From assembly GCA_947623595.1 (NCBI GenBank), contig CANQHC010000005.1, positions 1,910 to 65,909 on the forward strand: 64,000 bases of DNA. The letters run 5' to 3'. The notes under the pieces are model-generated. The model was not told where the DNA came from, made no database searches, and was given only the letters and a program-made list of their open reading frames with translations. The translations under genes were made by a program, and so were the position numbers. The stretch is from an uncultured Clostridia bacterium. GTDB taxonomy: Bacteria > Bacillota > Clostridia > TANB77 > CAG-508. Below, in pieces: positions 30,157 to 41,582 of the stretch. Numbering within the stretch: the stretch's first letter is position 1; each line of letters opens with the position of its first letter.

Positions 30157-32577
30157 ATGCAAATATTTTGTATTGCCTCTATAGGAGCTATTTTAGGAAT
30201 TATAATGGGGCTATACTTTAAAAGTATAGCCATTTTTATATCTATATGTGCATTTTTTATTTTTTTATGTATAACAGTAAAGAAATTTATAAGATCCAAA
30301 AAATATTTGATATATTTTATAATATTAATAATATTTTTTTATTCCTTTTTTGGATATATTACATTTTTAGAGTTACAGTATAAAAAAATATATGAAAGTT
30401 ATGAAGATAAAGAAATTAGTATACAGGCAATAGTTATTTCTAATCCAAAACCAAAAGACTACAAAGATACATATACAATAAAAGTAATAAAAATAAAGAA
30501 CTTGGAAAGTGGCAAAGAATATAATAAATATTTTAATTTATTGTGCAATATAAAGAAAAATAATCAAACAAGTCTTAATCTAGAATATGGAGATATTATA
30601 GAGTTAGTATCTACTTATGAAGTACCTGACATTAGTAAAAATGCAGGAGGTTTTAATTATCAACAATACTTGAAAGTTAGCAAGATTGCAGGTATAGTTA
30701 CAACAAGTACAACTGATATACAAATTTTAGGTAAAAGTAATAACAATTTAGTAATGAAAAATATTTTTAAATTGAAAAATAATTTAATAGAAAAAATAAG
30801 AAAAATATTACCTGAAGAAAATGCTGGGGCATGTATAGGGTTGCTGTTGGGAGATAAAACCTACATTAATGAAGAAATACAAGAAAGTTTTAAAAAGAGT
30901 AGTTTATCACACATGTTAGCTATTTCTGGAGCACATGTATCATATCTTTTGTTAGGACTAACTAACTTTTTTAATATTATAAAATTGCATAAAAGATGGT
31001 GCAAAGTAATTTCTATTTTATTTTTGACGTTTTTTATGATGCTAGTTGGTTTTACACCATCTGTTACAAGAGCATGTATAATGGCTATATTGACATTATT
31101 AGCTGAAATTTGTTTTAGAAAATCAAATGTATATCAAAATCTAGCGATAAGTAGTCTTATTATTTTATTAATTAATCCATATGCATTGTTGGATATAGGA
31201 TTTCAACTTTCTTTTGGTGGAACTATTGGAATTGTATTTTTAATGAGAAGAATAAATATTGAGAAAAATGTTCAAATACAACCAAATAATAAAAAAATAA
31301 ACTCTAAGCTAATAAGTTTAAATAAATTTTTATTAGCGTTTGATAGGTTAAAAATTGGTAATAAACTAATTACGTATTGTAAACAAATTTTTCAAGTTTC
31401 AGTTTCAGCCAATATTATAATTTGGCCAATTATGTTATATCATTTTAATACAATTTCATTTACATTTTTAATATCAAATTTATTGGCATCTTCAGTACTA
31501 GGAGCTAGTTTAATATTAGGAATGATATTTATTATTTTTTTAATAGTATTTAAGCCAGTAGCTATTTTAATTTCTTATATTTTAAATTTATTTTTACAAA
31601 TACTAATTCAAATTGCTAAAATAACTGGAAATCTTCCGTTTTCACAAATATTAGTTCCAACTCCAAAGATATGGCAAATAGTTTTGTATTATATAATAAT
31701 ATTGTTATTTTATATTAGTTCAAAAATTAATAGTATAAATAAATTTCAAAAATTTTTTATTCATTATAAAAAAACAATTTCTATAATCATAATTTTAATT
31801 ATATTATTTCCATTTTTTATTAAATTACCTAAAACATGTTTAGAAATTCATTTTATTGATGTGGGACAAGGTGATAGTATGCTGATTGAAACACCTTCTA
31901 GACATACTATTTTAATAGATGGAGGAGGTAGTGAGATGGGGAGTTTTGATGTTGGAGAAAAGACATTACTACCATATTTATTGGATAAAAATATAATGAG
32001 AATTGATTACATGATGTTTTCCCATTTAGATTCTGATCATTGTCAAGGACTTTTTACTATAATAGAAAAATTGAAGGTAAAAAATATTATTATAGGTAAA
32101 CAGGGAGAAATTTCTTCTAATTTGAAGAAATTATTTCAATTATTAAAAAATAAAAAGGTAAATGTTATATTAGTTAAAGCTGGTGACAGAATTGATGTTG
32201 ACAGATATTGTTATTTTGATATTTTATTTCCAGAAGTAGATATTATTTCTGAGAATGTATTAAATAATAACTCAATTGTTGCAAAATTTAATTATTCAAA
32301 TAAGAAAAATGATATAATCTTTGATATGCTATTAACAGGAGATATAGAGAAAATCGCAGAAGAGCGAATAATAGAGCTTTACAAAAATAGTACAATTTTA
32401 AGATCTACAGCACTAAAAGTTGCACATCATGGTTCAAAAACTTCATCCATACTAAATTTTTTACAATTAGTAAATCCACAAATTGCTTTAATAGGGGTGG
32501 GAGAGAATAACAAATTTGGTCATCCAAGTGAAATTACTTTAAATAATTTAAAAAATTTGCGGTACAGAAATTTATAG
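30157..32577 (+). CDS. comEC: DNA internalization competence protein ComEC/Rec2 (membrane domain plus metallo-beta-lactamase domain); extreme C-terminus out of frame
   Basis: SLSHMLAISGAHVSYL; HFIDVGQGDSMLIE; SHLDSDHCQG; VAHHGSKTS; NKFGHP. The literal ORF ends ...NLKNLRYRNL*. Skipping the C at 32560 gives ...NLKNLGTEIYRTDKMGEIIIRVNKKGKIYIKKMLTSQ*, ending at 32659. Confidence 0.85.
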   Translation: MQIFCIASIGAILGIIMGLYFKSIAIFISICAFFIFLCITVKKFIRSKKYLIYFIILIIFFYSFFGYITFLELQYKKIYESYEDKEISIQAIVISNPKPKDYKDTYTIKVIKIKNLESGKEYNKYFNLLCNIKKNNQTSLNLEYGDIIELVSTYEVPDISKNAGGFNYQQYLKVSKIAGIVTTSTTDIQILGKSNNNLVMKNIFKLKNNLIEKIRKILPEENAGACIGLLLGDKTYINEEIQESFKKSSLSHMLAISGAHVSYLLLGLTNFFNIIKLHKRWCKVISILFLTFFMMLVGFTPSVTRACIMAILTLLAEICFRKSNVYQNLAISSLIILLINPYALLDIGFQLSFGGTIGIVFLMRRINIEKNVQIQPNNKKINSKLISLNKFLLAFDRLKIGNKLITYCKQIFQVSVSANIIIWPIMLYHFNTISFTFLISNLLASSVLGASLILGMIFIIFLIVFKPVAILISYILNLFLQILIQIAKITGNLPFSQILVPTPKIWQIVLYYIIILLFYISSKINSINKFQKFFIHYKKTISIIIILIILFPFFIKLPKTCLEIHFIDVGQGDSMLIETPSRHTILIDGGGSEMGSFDVGEKTLLPYLLDKNIMRIDYMMFSHLDSDHCQGLFTIIEKLKVKNIIIGKQGEISSNLKKLFQLLKNKKVNVILVKAGDRIDVDRYCYFDILFPEVDIISENVLNNNSIVAKFNYSNKKNDIIFDMLLTGDIEKIAEERIIELYKNSTILRSTALKVAHHGSKTSSILNFLQLVNPQIALIGVGENNKFGHPSEITLNNLKNLRYRNL

Positions 32578-32727
32578 AACTGATAAAATGGGTGAAATTA
32601 TTATAAGAGTAAATAAAAAAGGAAAAATATATATAAAAAAAATGCTTACATCACAATAAAATGTGGCATTTTTTAATAAAAATTAATTTTAGAGATTTGA
32701 AAATTAGTGTATACAAAAATCAGAAAG

Positions 32728-32756
32728 TTGAAAAAAAGCGGAAAACGAGGTATAAT
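32728..32756 (+). promoter_or_regulatory. Sigma-A-type promoter candidate (TTGAAA-17-TATAAT)
   Basis: TTGAAA 32728-32733 and TATAAT 32751-32756, upstream of tsaC. Confidence 0.5.
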
Positions 32757-32806
32757 TGAGAGGTGAACCATTATTAATAAGGGTATTATAAAAGGAAGGT
32801 AATAAA

Positions 32807-33862
32807 ATGTTTGCTAAATATTCTAATCAAAAAGAAAAAATAAATTTTGAAGAAATAGAAGAAGCTGCACAGAAAATACAAAATGGAGAATTAGTATTAT
32901 TTCCTACAGAAACTGTCTATGGAATTGGTGCAAATGCATTTGATGAAATTGCAGTAAAAAAGATATTTGAAGCTAAAGGGAGAGCAGGGGATAATCCATT
33001 AATTGTACATATTTCTAATCTTCAAATGGTAAATGAAATTGTAGAAGAAATAAGTGATTTGGAGAAAAAGCTGATAGAAAAGTTTTGGCCAGGGCCTTTA
33101 ACAATAATATTTAAACGCAAAAGCAAAGATGTAATTCCAAATGTAGTAACAGCAAACTTAAATACCGTAGGAATTCGTATGCCAAGCAATTTAATTGCAA
33201 AGGAATTAATACAAAGAGCTGGTGTTCCAATTGCAGCACCAAGTGCTAATGTGTCAGGAAGGCCAAGTGGTACCAAAATAGAAGATATTATTGAAGAATT
33301 ACAAGATAAGGTATCATATATATTAGATGGAGGTCTTACTGATATAGGGTTAGAATCTACTGTAATAAGAGTAGAAGAAAATAAAATTAACATTTTAAGA
33401 CCTGGTAAAATTACAAAAGAACAATTAGAAGAAGTGGCAAATGAAGTTGAAGTAGATAGTCATGTTTTAGGAAAGGTTGAAAAAAATGAAAAAGTAGCAT
33501 CTCCAGGAATGAAGTATAGGCATTATGCACCAAATACTAAATGCATGATGGTATATAGTGAGGATGAGGATAAAATGATTTCTAGAATAAATGAGATTAC
33601 ATTGGGTATGAAGCAAGAAGGAAAGAAGATATTAATATTAGCAAAAAAGAAAAATTTGAATAATTACATTTCAGAAATTAAATGGAATATGGGTGAAAAC
33701 CTAAATGAAATTGCTAAAAATATATTTACCTTATTAAGAAAAGTAGATAAAGAACAAGTGGATTTAGTTATTATTGAAGGGGTAGGGAGAAACGGTTTAG
33801 GGCTAGCAATTACTAATAGATTAATTAGAGCTTGTGCTTATCAATATGAAATTATAAATTAA
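32807..33862 (+). CDS. tsaC: L-threonylcarbamoyladenylate synthase (Sua5/YwlC/TsaC long form with Sua5 C-terminal domain)
   Basis: VLFPTETVYGIGANAFD; GRAGDNPLIVHI; PGPLTIIF; VGIRMP; APSANVSGRPS; ESTVI. Confidence 0.85.
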   Translation: MFAKYSNQKEKINFEEIEEAAQKIQNGELVLFPTETVYGIGANAFDEIAVKKIFEAKGRAGDNPLIVHISNLQMVNEIVEEISDLEKKLIEKFWPGPLTIIFKRKSKDVIPNVVTANLNTVGIRMPSNLIAKELIQRAGVPIAAPSANVSGRPSGTKIEDIIEELQDKVSYILDGGLTDIGLESTVIRVEENKINILRPGKITKEQLEEVANEVEVDSHVLGKVEKNEKVASPGMKYRHYAPNTKCMMVYSEDEDKMISRINEITLGMKQEGKKILILAKKKNLNNYISEIKWNMGENLNEIAKNIFTLLRKVDKEQVDLVIIEGVGRNGLGLAITNRLIRACAYQYEIIN

Positions 33863-34018
33863 AATAATCAAAATCATTCTATAAAAGTGAATAAAATTAC
33901 CAAAATTTCTCATACTAAAAATAAAATATAAAAATTATAAAGTTAATTTTTGTATTATTTTTTAGGAAAGGGGAATAGTGATAGGCTAAATGTTTTATTT
34001 AGTTATATTCGAATAAAA

Positions 34019-34609
34019 ATGAGAAAAGAATGGATTGTTATGGCAATAGCAGTTTTGCTATTAATATTAGGAACAATACTTGGAGTGTATGTTCATTATA
34101 GGAATGAAACAAAAGATAGTAACATAAATATGAGAGAAAAATTAGCTTTAATTGGGCAACAAGAGCAAATAAAATCAGAAACAAATTTAAAAACTACATC
34201 TGCAATAGAAGAAAAATTATCTCCAAATTGTATTGTAATAGAAAAACAATATTTTAAAGGTTGTGATCATCTTCTTAGAGAAGAAAGGGAAGCACCTATA
34301 GAGTGGACTAACTTTTCTAAAGAGGAAATACAAAACCAATATCCTGGTTGGGTAATAGAGAAGTTTACTAATGATGAAATTGTTGTATACCAAGAACAAG
34401 AAGGGTTTTGCGGGCAACATTATATAATAAGGGAAAATAATGGAATATTGTCAGTTTATACAATTGATGAAAACGGAAATGAAGAATGGAAAGAAGATAC
34501 TGGAATTCAAACAATGTATTTACCTGAAACAGATTTGGAAAAAATAAAAAATGGAATAGAAGCATTAGGTGATGCTGAACTTAGAACAATATTAGGTGAT
34601 TATGAATAA
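34019..34609 (+). CDS. BofC-like sporulation protein (membrane/signal anchor plus BofC-type C-terminal fold), tentative
   Basis: TM segment IVMAIAVLLLILGTILGVYV. C-terminal ...GFCGQHYIIRENNGILSVYTIDENG...LPETDLEKIKNGIEALGDAELRTILGDYE resembles the BofC C-terminal pattern (G.V.VY...LP....L..GI....EL...LE). Start uncertain; the track ORF starts at 33950. Confidence 0.4.
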   Translation: MRKEWIVMAIAVLLLILGTILGVYVHYRNETKDSNINMREKLALIGQQEQIKSETNLKTTSAIEEKLSPNCIVIEKQYFKGCDHLLREEREAPIEWTNFSKEEIQNQYPGWVIEKFTNDEIVVYQEQEGFCGQHYIIRENNGILSVYTIDENGNEEWKEDTGIQTMYLPETDLEKIKNGIEALGDAELRTILGDYE

Positions 34610-34611
34610 AT

Positions 34612-34653
34612 AAAAAAGAGTCTACTTAACATGTAATTAAGCAGGCTCTTTTT
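34612..34653. terminator. Bidirectional terminator between convergent BofC-like and pgsA genes
   Basis: AGAGTCTACTTAA (34617-34629) pairs with TTAAGCAGGCTCT (34637-34649) at 12/13 positions including one G-U pair. Flanked by an A-run and a T-run. Confidence 0.65.
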
Positions 34654-34701
34654 GTGAGATATAGAATGTAATAAGTTAATAGTATGAGCTAATAATATTA
34701 C

Positions 34702-35304
34702 TTATTTATTTTCAGATGGGCTTGAAATTTTTAAATTTTCTTTTTTCAAATATCCTTGTTTATAGAATGTAATGTAATACATAATGAGTGAGAATATTGT
34801 CATTGCTAAAGCTAAATAGTAAATCCATAAGTCAAAGTTAGGAAGAACTATTAAAGAATTTTCGGGGTTTTCTGCATAAATATTCCAATAACGAATACCG
34901 AATGAAAAAGCAATAGCTATATAAAATAATACAGTTGATAATTTTCCATACCATCTACTTGAAACAACTAATTCCTTGCCATAAAGAAAAGATGCACCAG
35001 CTATCATAGTTGCTTCTTTTATAAATACAACAATGATAATCCAAAAAGGAATAATTTCTTTAAAACAAAGGGTAAGTAAAACCGAAATTTGTGTTGCCTT
35101 ATCCGCTAATGGATCAATTAATTTTCCAAAATTAGTTATATAATTAAATTTTCTTGCTATAAATCCATCTAACACATCTGTTAAACCTGAGATGAGTAAG
35201 AAAATGAGTGCTAAAGGGTATTTTTCTATTACAATAAAATAAATGATAAACGGAATCAAGAAAAATCTTGCTACAGTTAATATATTAGGAATTTGCTTTG
35301 CCAT
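34702..35304 (-). CDS. pgsA: CDP-diacylglycerol--glycerol-3-phosphate 3-phosphatidyltransferase
   Basis: IPNILTVARFFLIP; CDP-alcohol phosphatidyltransferase motif DVLDGFIARK....FGKLIDPLADK; multiple TM helices. Confidence 0.8.
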   Translation of the reverse strand: MAKQIPNILTVARFFLIPFIIYFIVIEKYPLALIFLLISGLTDVLDGFIARKFNYITNFGKLIDPLADKATQISVLLTLCFKEIIPFWIIIVVFIKEATMIAGASFLYGKELVVSSRWYGKLSTVLFYIAIAFSFGIRYWNIYAENPENSLIVLPNFDLWIYYLALAMTIFSLIMYYITFYKQGYLKKENLKISSPSENK

Positions 35305-35314
35305 AAATATCTCC

Positions 35315-37660
35315 TTATTTTTCTACATTTAATTCTAACTTTTCATTACCTAATGATGCAGTAACTGTTTGCCCATTAATTAAGTTACCTCGTAAAATCA
35401 TATCAGAAAGTTCATCTTCTAAATATCGCTGAATAGCTCTTCTTAATGGTCTAGCACCATATTTTATATCAGTTCCTTTTTCTAATAAGAATTTTTTTGC
35501 ATCTTCAGATATATTAAGAGAAATATCTTTATCTTTTAATGCTTTTCTTGTATCTTCTATCATCAAGTCAACAATTTTTAATAATTGTTCTGAACTTAGT
35601 TGATCAAAAATTACAATTTCATCAACTCTGTTTAGAAATTCAGGTCGAAAAGTTTCTTTTAGGCTATTCATTACTTTATTTTGATCCATGCTAGAACCAC
35701 CAAAACCAATAGAATTAGTATTTTGATTAGAACCTGCATTAGAAGTCATAATTAAAATAGTATTTTCAAAATTAACAGTATTTCCTTGACTATCTGTTAA
35801 ACGTCCATCATCCAATACCTGTAATAAGATATTAAATACATCTGGATGGGCTTTTTCAATTTCGTCTAATAGTATAATTGAATATGGGTTACGTTTTACT
35901 TTTTCTGTTAATTGACCTGCATCATCATATCCAACATAGCCTGGAGGAGAGCCAATTAATTTTGAAGTAGAATGACTTTCCATGTACTCAGACATATCTA
36001 CACGTATAATAGAATTTTCATTTCCAAACATTTCAAAAGCTAGAGATTTAGCAAGTTCAGTTTTTCCAACACCAGTAGGACCTACAAATATAAAAGATGG
36101 TGGCCTTTTTGTAGTTTTTAAACCTGCACGATTACGACGAATTGCTCTAGATACTGCTTCCACTGCAGTATTTTGCCCAATTATTCTTTTATGCAAATTA
36201 TCTTCTAAATTTAATAATTTTTGAGTTTCTGCTTCAGTAATTTTCTTAACTGGAATTTTAGTCCAATGTTCTATAACTTCAGCAATGTCTTGAACTGTTA
36301 AACTAACTAGTTTCATTTTTTTATTTATACTATCAATTTGCTCTATTAAGCTACATTCTTTTGCTTTTAATTCAGCAGCTTTTTTATAATCCTCAGTAGA
36401 GTCAGCAAGAGCAGCTTCTTCTTTTTCTTCCTGAACAGCCTTTAATTCTGTTTTTAAAATTTCTAATTGGTATAAATCTTTATTATTTAGATTAATGCGA
36501 GAGCATGCTTCATCTAAGATATCAATAGCTTTATCAGGTAAAAACCTATCATGTATGTATTTTTCAGACATAATAACTGCTTGCTTAATAACATCATTTG
36601 ATATTTTTACTTTATGATAGTCTTCATAATATTTTTTAACTCCTTCTAATATGTCAATAGAGTCAGTAATAGAAGGTTCTTCAACAATAACTGGTTGAAA
36701 TCTTCTTTCTAAAGCACTATCTTTTTCGATGTATTTTCTATATTCTTTTAGGGTAGTAGTGCCAATTAATTGAACTTCTCCATTAGAAAGAGAAGGTTTT
36801 AAAATATTTGCTGCATTCATAGAATGTTCAGCATCTCCAGCACCAATAATATTATGAATTTCATCGATTACTAATATTATATTTCCTAAATTTACACATT
36901 CATCAATAATTGATTTCATACGGGCTTCAAATTGACCTCTAAATTGAGTTCCAGCAACTACAGCAGTCATATCTAATAAATAAACTTCTTTTCCTAATAA
37001 TTTTGCCGGAACTTTACCGGTTGCAATTTTTATAGCTAAACCTTGTGCAATTGCTGTTTTTCCAACACCAGGTTCTCCAATTAAGCAAGGATTATTTTTA
37101 CTACGACGATTTAATATTTGAATCATCCTTTGAATTTCTTTATCTCTACCAATAACCATATCTAACTGTTTATTTTTAGCTTTTTGAGTTAAATTAGTGC
37201 CATATGTATCCAATGTTTTTTTACGTTTATCTTTTCTTTTTTCTTTATCAATTTTTACTTTTTTCTTTCCAGATGAACTGGCACTACTATCTGTAGAAGA
37301 GTTATCAGAGTTTTCTCCAAACATATTAGAAAAAATAGAACCCAAAGGAATTGCTCCAAACTGAATTGGCATACCATCATTTTTTTCTAATTCATCTGGA
37401 TCAACATCATTTATTTGCTCAGATAGTGAGTCCATATCCATATTTTGAGCCATATTATTTACAATATTTTCTATTTGTTTTGTCATATTATTTAAGTCTT
37501 TTTCAGTTAAATTAGCTTGTTTCATAAGTGTTTCCATAGGGTTAATGCCATTTTCTTTTGCACATTCACTACAATAACCAACTAATTTTGTTTTACCATT
37601 TTCATCAGTTTTATTTATAAACACAACAGCAGTGTTTTTATTACATATTGAACATAACAT
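35315..37660 (-). CDS. clpE: Clp/Hsp100 AAA+ ATPase with an N-terminal zinc ribbon (ClpE-like)
   Basis: [14 protein letters not shown]...GYCSECA zinc ribbon. Walker A motifs [15 protein letters not shown] and [21 protein letters not shown]; IGFGG (ClpP-docking IGF-type loop); [10 protein letters not shown]. Confidence 0.8.
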   Translation of the reverse strand: MLCSICNKNTAVVFINKTDENGKTKLVGYCSECAKENGINPMETLMKQANLTEKDLNNMTKQIENIVNNMAQNMDMDSLSEQINDVDPDELEKNDGMPIQFGAIPLGSIFSNMFGENSDNSSTDSSASSSGKKKVKIDKEKRKDKRKKTLDTYGTNLTQKAKNKQLDMVIGRDKEIQRMIQILNRRSKNNPCLIGEPGVGKTAIAQGLAIKIATGKVPAKLLGKEVYLLDMTAVVAGTQFRGQFEARMKSIIDECVNLGNIILVIDEIHNIIGAGDAEHSMNAANILKPSLSNGEVQLIGTTTLKEYRKYIEKDSALERRFQPVIVEEPSITDSIDILEGVKKYYEDYHKVKISNDVIKQAVIMSEKYIHDRFLPDKAIDILDEACSRINLNNKDLYQLEILKTELKAVQEEKEEAALADSTEDYKKAAELKAKECSLIEQIDSINKKMKLVSLTVQDIAEVIEHWTKIPVKKITEAETQKLLNLEDNLHKRIIGQNTAVEAVSRAIRRNRAGLKTTKRPPSFIFVGPTGVGKTELAKSLAFEMFGNENSIIRVDMSEYMESHSTSKLIGSPPGYVGYDDAGQLTEKVKRNPYSIILLDEIEKAHPDVFNILLQVLDDGRLTDSQGNTVNFENTILIMTSNAGSNQNTNSIGFGGSSMDQNKVMNSLKETFRPEFLNRVDEIVIFDQLSSEQLLKIVDLMIEDTRKALKDKDISLNISEDAKKFLLEKGTDIKYGARPLRRAIQRYLEDELSDMILRGNLINGQTVTASLGNEKLELNVEK

Positions 37661-38029
37661 AAATTAAAAAAATCTCCATTTCTTATTAGTATTTTCATTA
37701 ATATATCATAATTTCATAACATATATGATACAGCAAAACAAGTAATAAGTCAATGGAATAAGTTGCATTGTAATAGTCAAAAATTATGAATATTTTGTAA
37801 CAAATAAATTTCCAATAAATTATTTTAATTATCATATGATACGCTTGGTTTAAGCGACTAAAAAATTCTTGTCCACAAAACAATATATAAATTTTTATAA
37901 TGATAGTATTAAATTAGTAACTAAAATAAAAAAAATTGCCCAAAACACTGGATTTTTAGCCCAAAATGAGGTAAAATAATATATATATGGGATAATAGGC
38001 AAAAAAGTTTTTAAAAGGATGGGGTCACA

Positions 38030-38872
38030 ATGAAAAGTCCAAAAATAATTTATATTTTAATTAGTATTTTTTGTTTCTTTGCAATTGTGGCAGGTGTTTA
38101 TGCACAATTCTTTGTAGAAGAAGAGCAAAGAGATAATATAATTGTGCCAACAATAAGTAATGAAGAAGATGATGATGATGAAAAAACTCAAGAAGAAATA
38201 AAAACTCAATTTTCAGCCTTATTTACCAATCAATTTAATGCAGGTAACTATAAAAATAATAATATTCAAAGACTAGATAATTCTAAAGCAATTGTGTATA
38301 ATGCATACCATATGGAAGAGAAAAATGAAAACTATGAAATGAAAATAGATTTACCAGTTATTAATCTTCCAGGAGAAACAGTAGCAGAATTTAATAATAT
38401 TACACAAACTGTTTTTGCTAATAAAGTTTCAGAAGTTATGAATAACCAAAATGGTAATAAAACTATTTATAGTGTAAGTTATACGGCATATATTAATGGA
38501 AATATTTTATCATTAGTAATTCAGTCAACATTAAAAGAAGGAAATAACCCTCAAAGGGTAATTGTACAATCATATAATTATAATTTAGTAACAGGAAAGA
38601 AAGTAACTATAGCAGATATGTTATCTCAAAAAAATATAGTTCAAAGTGATGCTCAAAAGAAAATAAATCAGGTAGTAAAAAAACAACAAGAAGAAGCACA
38701 AGTATTTGTTGAATCAGGTTATACAGTATATTATAGAGATTTAACAAATGCAATGTATCAAATAGCTAATATATCAACTTATTTCATTGGACCAAATGGA
38801 GAGTTATATATTATATTTGCATATGGAAATCAAAACTTTACATCAGAAATGGATATTATATTATTTGAATAA
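38030..38872 (+). CDS. Membrane-anchored hypothetical protein (possibly DUF3298/DUF4163-like extracytoplasmic domain)
   Basis: RBS AAGGATGGGG. N-terminal TM segment IIYILISIFCFFAIVAGVYA. Acidic stretch EEDDDDE. No catalytic motif recognised. Confidence 0.4.
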   Translation: MKSPKIIYILISIFCFFAIVAGVYAQFFVEEEQRDNIIVPTISNEEDDDDEKTQEEIKTQFSALFTNQFNAGNYKNNNIQRLDNSKAIVYNAYHMEEKNENYEMKIDLPVINLPGETVAEFNNITQTVFANKVSEVMNNQNGNKTIYSVSYTAYINGNILSLVIQSTLKEGNNPQRVIVQSYNYNLVTGKKVTIADMLSQKNIVQSDAQKKINQVVKKQQEEAQVFVESGYTVYYRDLTNAMYQIANISTYFIGPNGELYIIFAYGNQNFTSEMDIILFE

Positions 38873-40937
38873 ATGAGGAAAACAATGGAAAAGAAATTAC
38901 TTATTACAGAAAAGCCATCTGTTGCAATGGAATTTGCAAAGGTACTAAAATGTGGTGGTAATAGAAAAGATGGTTATATAGAATCAGAAAATTGGATTAT
39001 TACTTGGTGTGTAGGGCATCTAGTTACCATGAGTTACCCTGAAAAATATGATGAGAGCTTAAAATTTTGGAGACTAGATACCCTTCCTTTTTTGCCAAAA
39101 GAGTATAAATATGAAGTAATTCCAAATGTAGAAAAACAATTCAATATTGTAAAAAGCTTACTAACAAGAGAAGATGTAAGCTGTATTTATGTAGCGACTG
39201 ACTCTGGGCGTGAGGGCGAATATATTTATAGGTTAGTAGAAAATCAGATTCGGGTTAAAAGAAAAACAAAGAAGAAGAGTTTGGATTGATTCTCAAACAG
39301 AAGAAGAAATAAAAAGAGGAATAGAAGAGGCAAAAGACTTAAATGAATATGATAGTTTATGTAATTCAGCATATTTAAGAGCAAAAGAAGATTACCTTAT
39401 AGGAATTAATTTTTCTAGACTTTTATCTATTATATATGGAAGGCGAATGGCAAAAGAAATAGGTGAAGAAAAGATTTCCATTTCTGTTGGAAGAGTTATG
39501 ACTTGTGTATTGGGAATGGTAGTACAAAGGGAAAGAGAAATTAGAAATTTTGTGAAAACACCATATTATAAAATTATAGGAAATTTTGGAGAAGAGAAAA
39601 GTTCTTTTTCAGCAGAATGGAAAGTATCTGAAAAATCAAGCCTATGGGAGTCTTCAAAGCTATACAATGAGTCAGGTTTTAGAAAAGAGGATGATGCTAA
39701 AAATTTTATCCTTTCATTAAAAGATAAAAGAGCAGTTATAACAGAGGTAAAAAAGTCGAAAACTAAAGAAAATGCTCCATTACTTTTTAATTTAGCAGAA
39801 ATACAAAATGAAGCTACAAAGCGATTTAAAATTAAACCTGATCAAACTCTAGAAATTATTCAAAATTTATATGAAAAAAAGTTAGTAACATACCCAAGAA
39901 CTGATGCAAGAGTTCTATCTACAGCGGTTGCAAAAGTTATTTCTAAAAACTTGAATGGATTAGCAAAAGGTTTTCAAGATGAAGAAGTACAAGGTTATAT
40001 CAAAAAAATGGTGGATGAAAAATATTCTACTAATTTAGTAAAAACTAAATATGTAAATGACAGTAAAATTACAGACCATTATGCCATTATTCCAACAGGA
40101 CAGGGATTTGAAAATTATGATAAACTGCCAGACTTACATAAAAAAATGTATAAAGTAATAGTAAAAAGGTTTTTAAGTATTTTTTATCCTCCAGCAGAGT
40201 ATAGTAAAATTTCTGTTATTATAGAAGTTGAAAATGATAATTTTAGAGAGCAGTTTTCAGCAAGTGGAAAAGTATGTGAAAAACTAGGATATTTAGAAAT
40301 TACTAAAAATGAAACAAATAAAAAAGAAACTATAAATCAAGAAAATAAAAAACAAGAAGATATAGAATTAATAAAAAATAACGAAACAAATTTAGAAAAT
40401 AATCAAACAAAATTAGATAATGAAAAAGAAAAAAATAGAGAAAGCATTGAAAAACAAGATGAGCAAAATAATTTAGAGATTTTGAAAAAACTAAAAAAGG
40501 GCTCAGAAATACAAGCAATAAATTATGAAATAAAAACTTCAGAGACTTCTCCACCAACTAGATATAATTCTGGTTCAATGATTTTGGCAATGGAAAATGC
40601 GGGAAAACTTATTGAAGAAGAGGAGTTAAGAGAGCAAATAAAAGGAGCAGGAATAGGTACTAGTGCAACTAGGGCAGAAATAATGAAAAAATTAGAAAGA
40701 ATAGGGTATATTGCTATTAATACAAAAACTCAAATAATAACTCCTACAGTAAAGGGAGAAAAGATATATGATATAGTATATATGTCAATGCCAGATATGC
40801 TTAATCCAAAACTTACAGCTAGTTGGGAAAAAGGCTTAGATATGGTAGCAAAACAGGAAATACAACCAGATGAATTCATGAAAAAATTAGAAGCATATAT
40901 TCATTCAAAAATCGATAAACTTGTAGTAAAAAGATAA
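38873..40937 (+). pseudogene. topB: DNA topoisomerase III (type IA), frame broken between the Toprim domain and the rest
   Basis: LLITEKPSVA, CVGHL and ATDSGREGEYIYR lie in the first frame, which ends at 39289. The next frame reads ...RRRVWIDSQTEEEIKRGIEEAKDL...AYLRAKEDYLIGINFSRLL and continues in ORF 39447-40937 with LVTYPRTDARVL (active-site Tyr). The break is at the C of CGG 39251 or in the A-runs at 39257-39266. Confidence 0.8.
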
Positions 40938-40945
40938 TTATAATA

Positions 40946-40990
40946 AAAAGCAAATTAAATTTAAAAAGGATAAATTTAATTTGCTTTTTT
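40946..40990 (+). terminator. Rho-independent terminator of topB
   Basis: AAAAAGCAAATTAAATTT / AAATTTAATTTGCTTTTT, followed by a T-run. Confidence 0.8.
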
Positions 40991-41071
40991 ATATTAAACT
41001 TATTACATTCACCTTTTATGGAAAGAAAACATAATATATAGCAAAACAATATGGAAAGGGTGAGTGTGAAA

Positions 41072-41419
41072 ATGTCTAGTTACATAATAGAGGGAGGAAG
41101 AAGATTAGAAGGAGAAGTATCAGTATCTGGATCAAAAAATGCTTCACTACCAATTATTGCGGCAAGTATTTTAAATACTGGAATTACAAGACTATATAAT
41201 ATTCCTAATATACACGATACTCAGATTACTTTGAAAATTTTAAAATATTTGGGTTGCAAGATAAAAAAAAGTCATGGTAAAATAGAAATCAATAGCAAAA
41301 ATATTATTAGAAAAGATATACCAGAACATTTAATGAATCAAATGCGCTCTACAGTAATTTTAGCTGGTGCTATAATAGGAAGATTTAAGGAAGCAAAATT
41401 TTCTTATCCTGGGGATTGA
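41072..41419 (+). pseudogene. murA: UDP-N-acetylglucosamine 1-carboxyvinyltransferase, 5' fragment (codons 1 to ~114, truncated at attL)
   Basis: MSSYIIEGGRRLEGEVSVSGSKNASLPIIAASIL...MRSTVILAGAIIGRFKEAKFSYPG, then GD* supplied by the inserted DNA. Confidence 0.85.
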
Positions 41420-41437
41420 GATATTTGATTGATACAT
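41388..41437 (+). other. attL of the murA-interrupting element (murA B arm, GG core at 41411-41412, 25-nt P' arm)
   Basis: ...TTCTTATCCT-GG-GGATTGAGATATTTGATTGATACAT. The P' arm is an imperfect inverted copy (17/25) of the P arm at attR. Confidence 0.65.
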
Positions 41438-41582
41438 CGGACAAGTTTAAGATAAATGAATGGATTAGTTATATACAAACATATGATGCTTAAAAGTATT
41501 GTAAAAAATACATGCTTATAAGATAATAAAAATAGAAGTTATATAATAACCAAATTTATAAAAATAGTAATTGGAGTGAAAA

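Noticed and set aside
39251-39275. Assigning the topB frame break unambiguously to the CGG at 39251
   Set aside because: Removing one A from the A-runs (GTTAAAAGAAAAACAAAG) restores the downstream ...RRRVWIDSQTEEE frame equally well and gives an equally plausible linker. This site is therefore flagged as ambiguous in the CGG tally.
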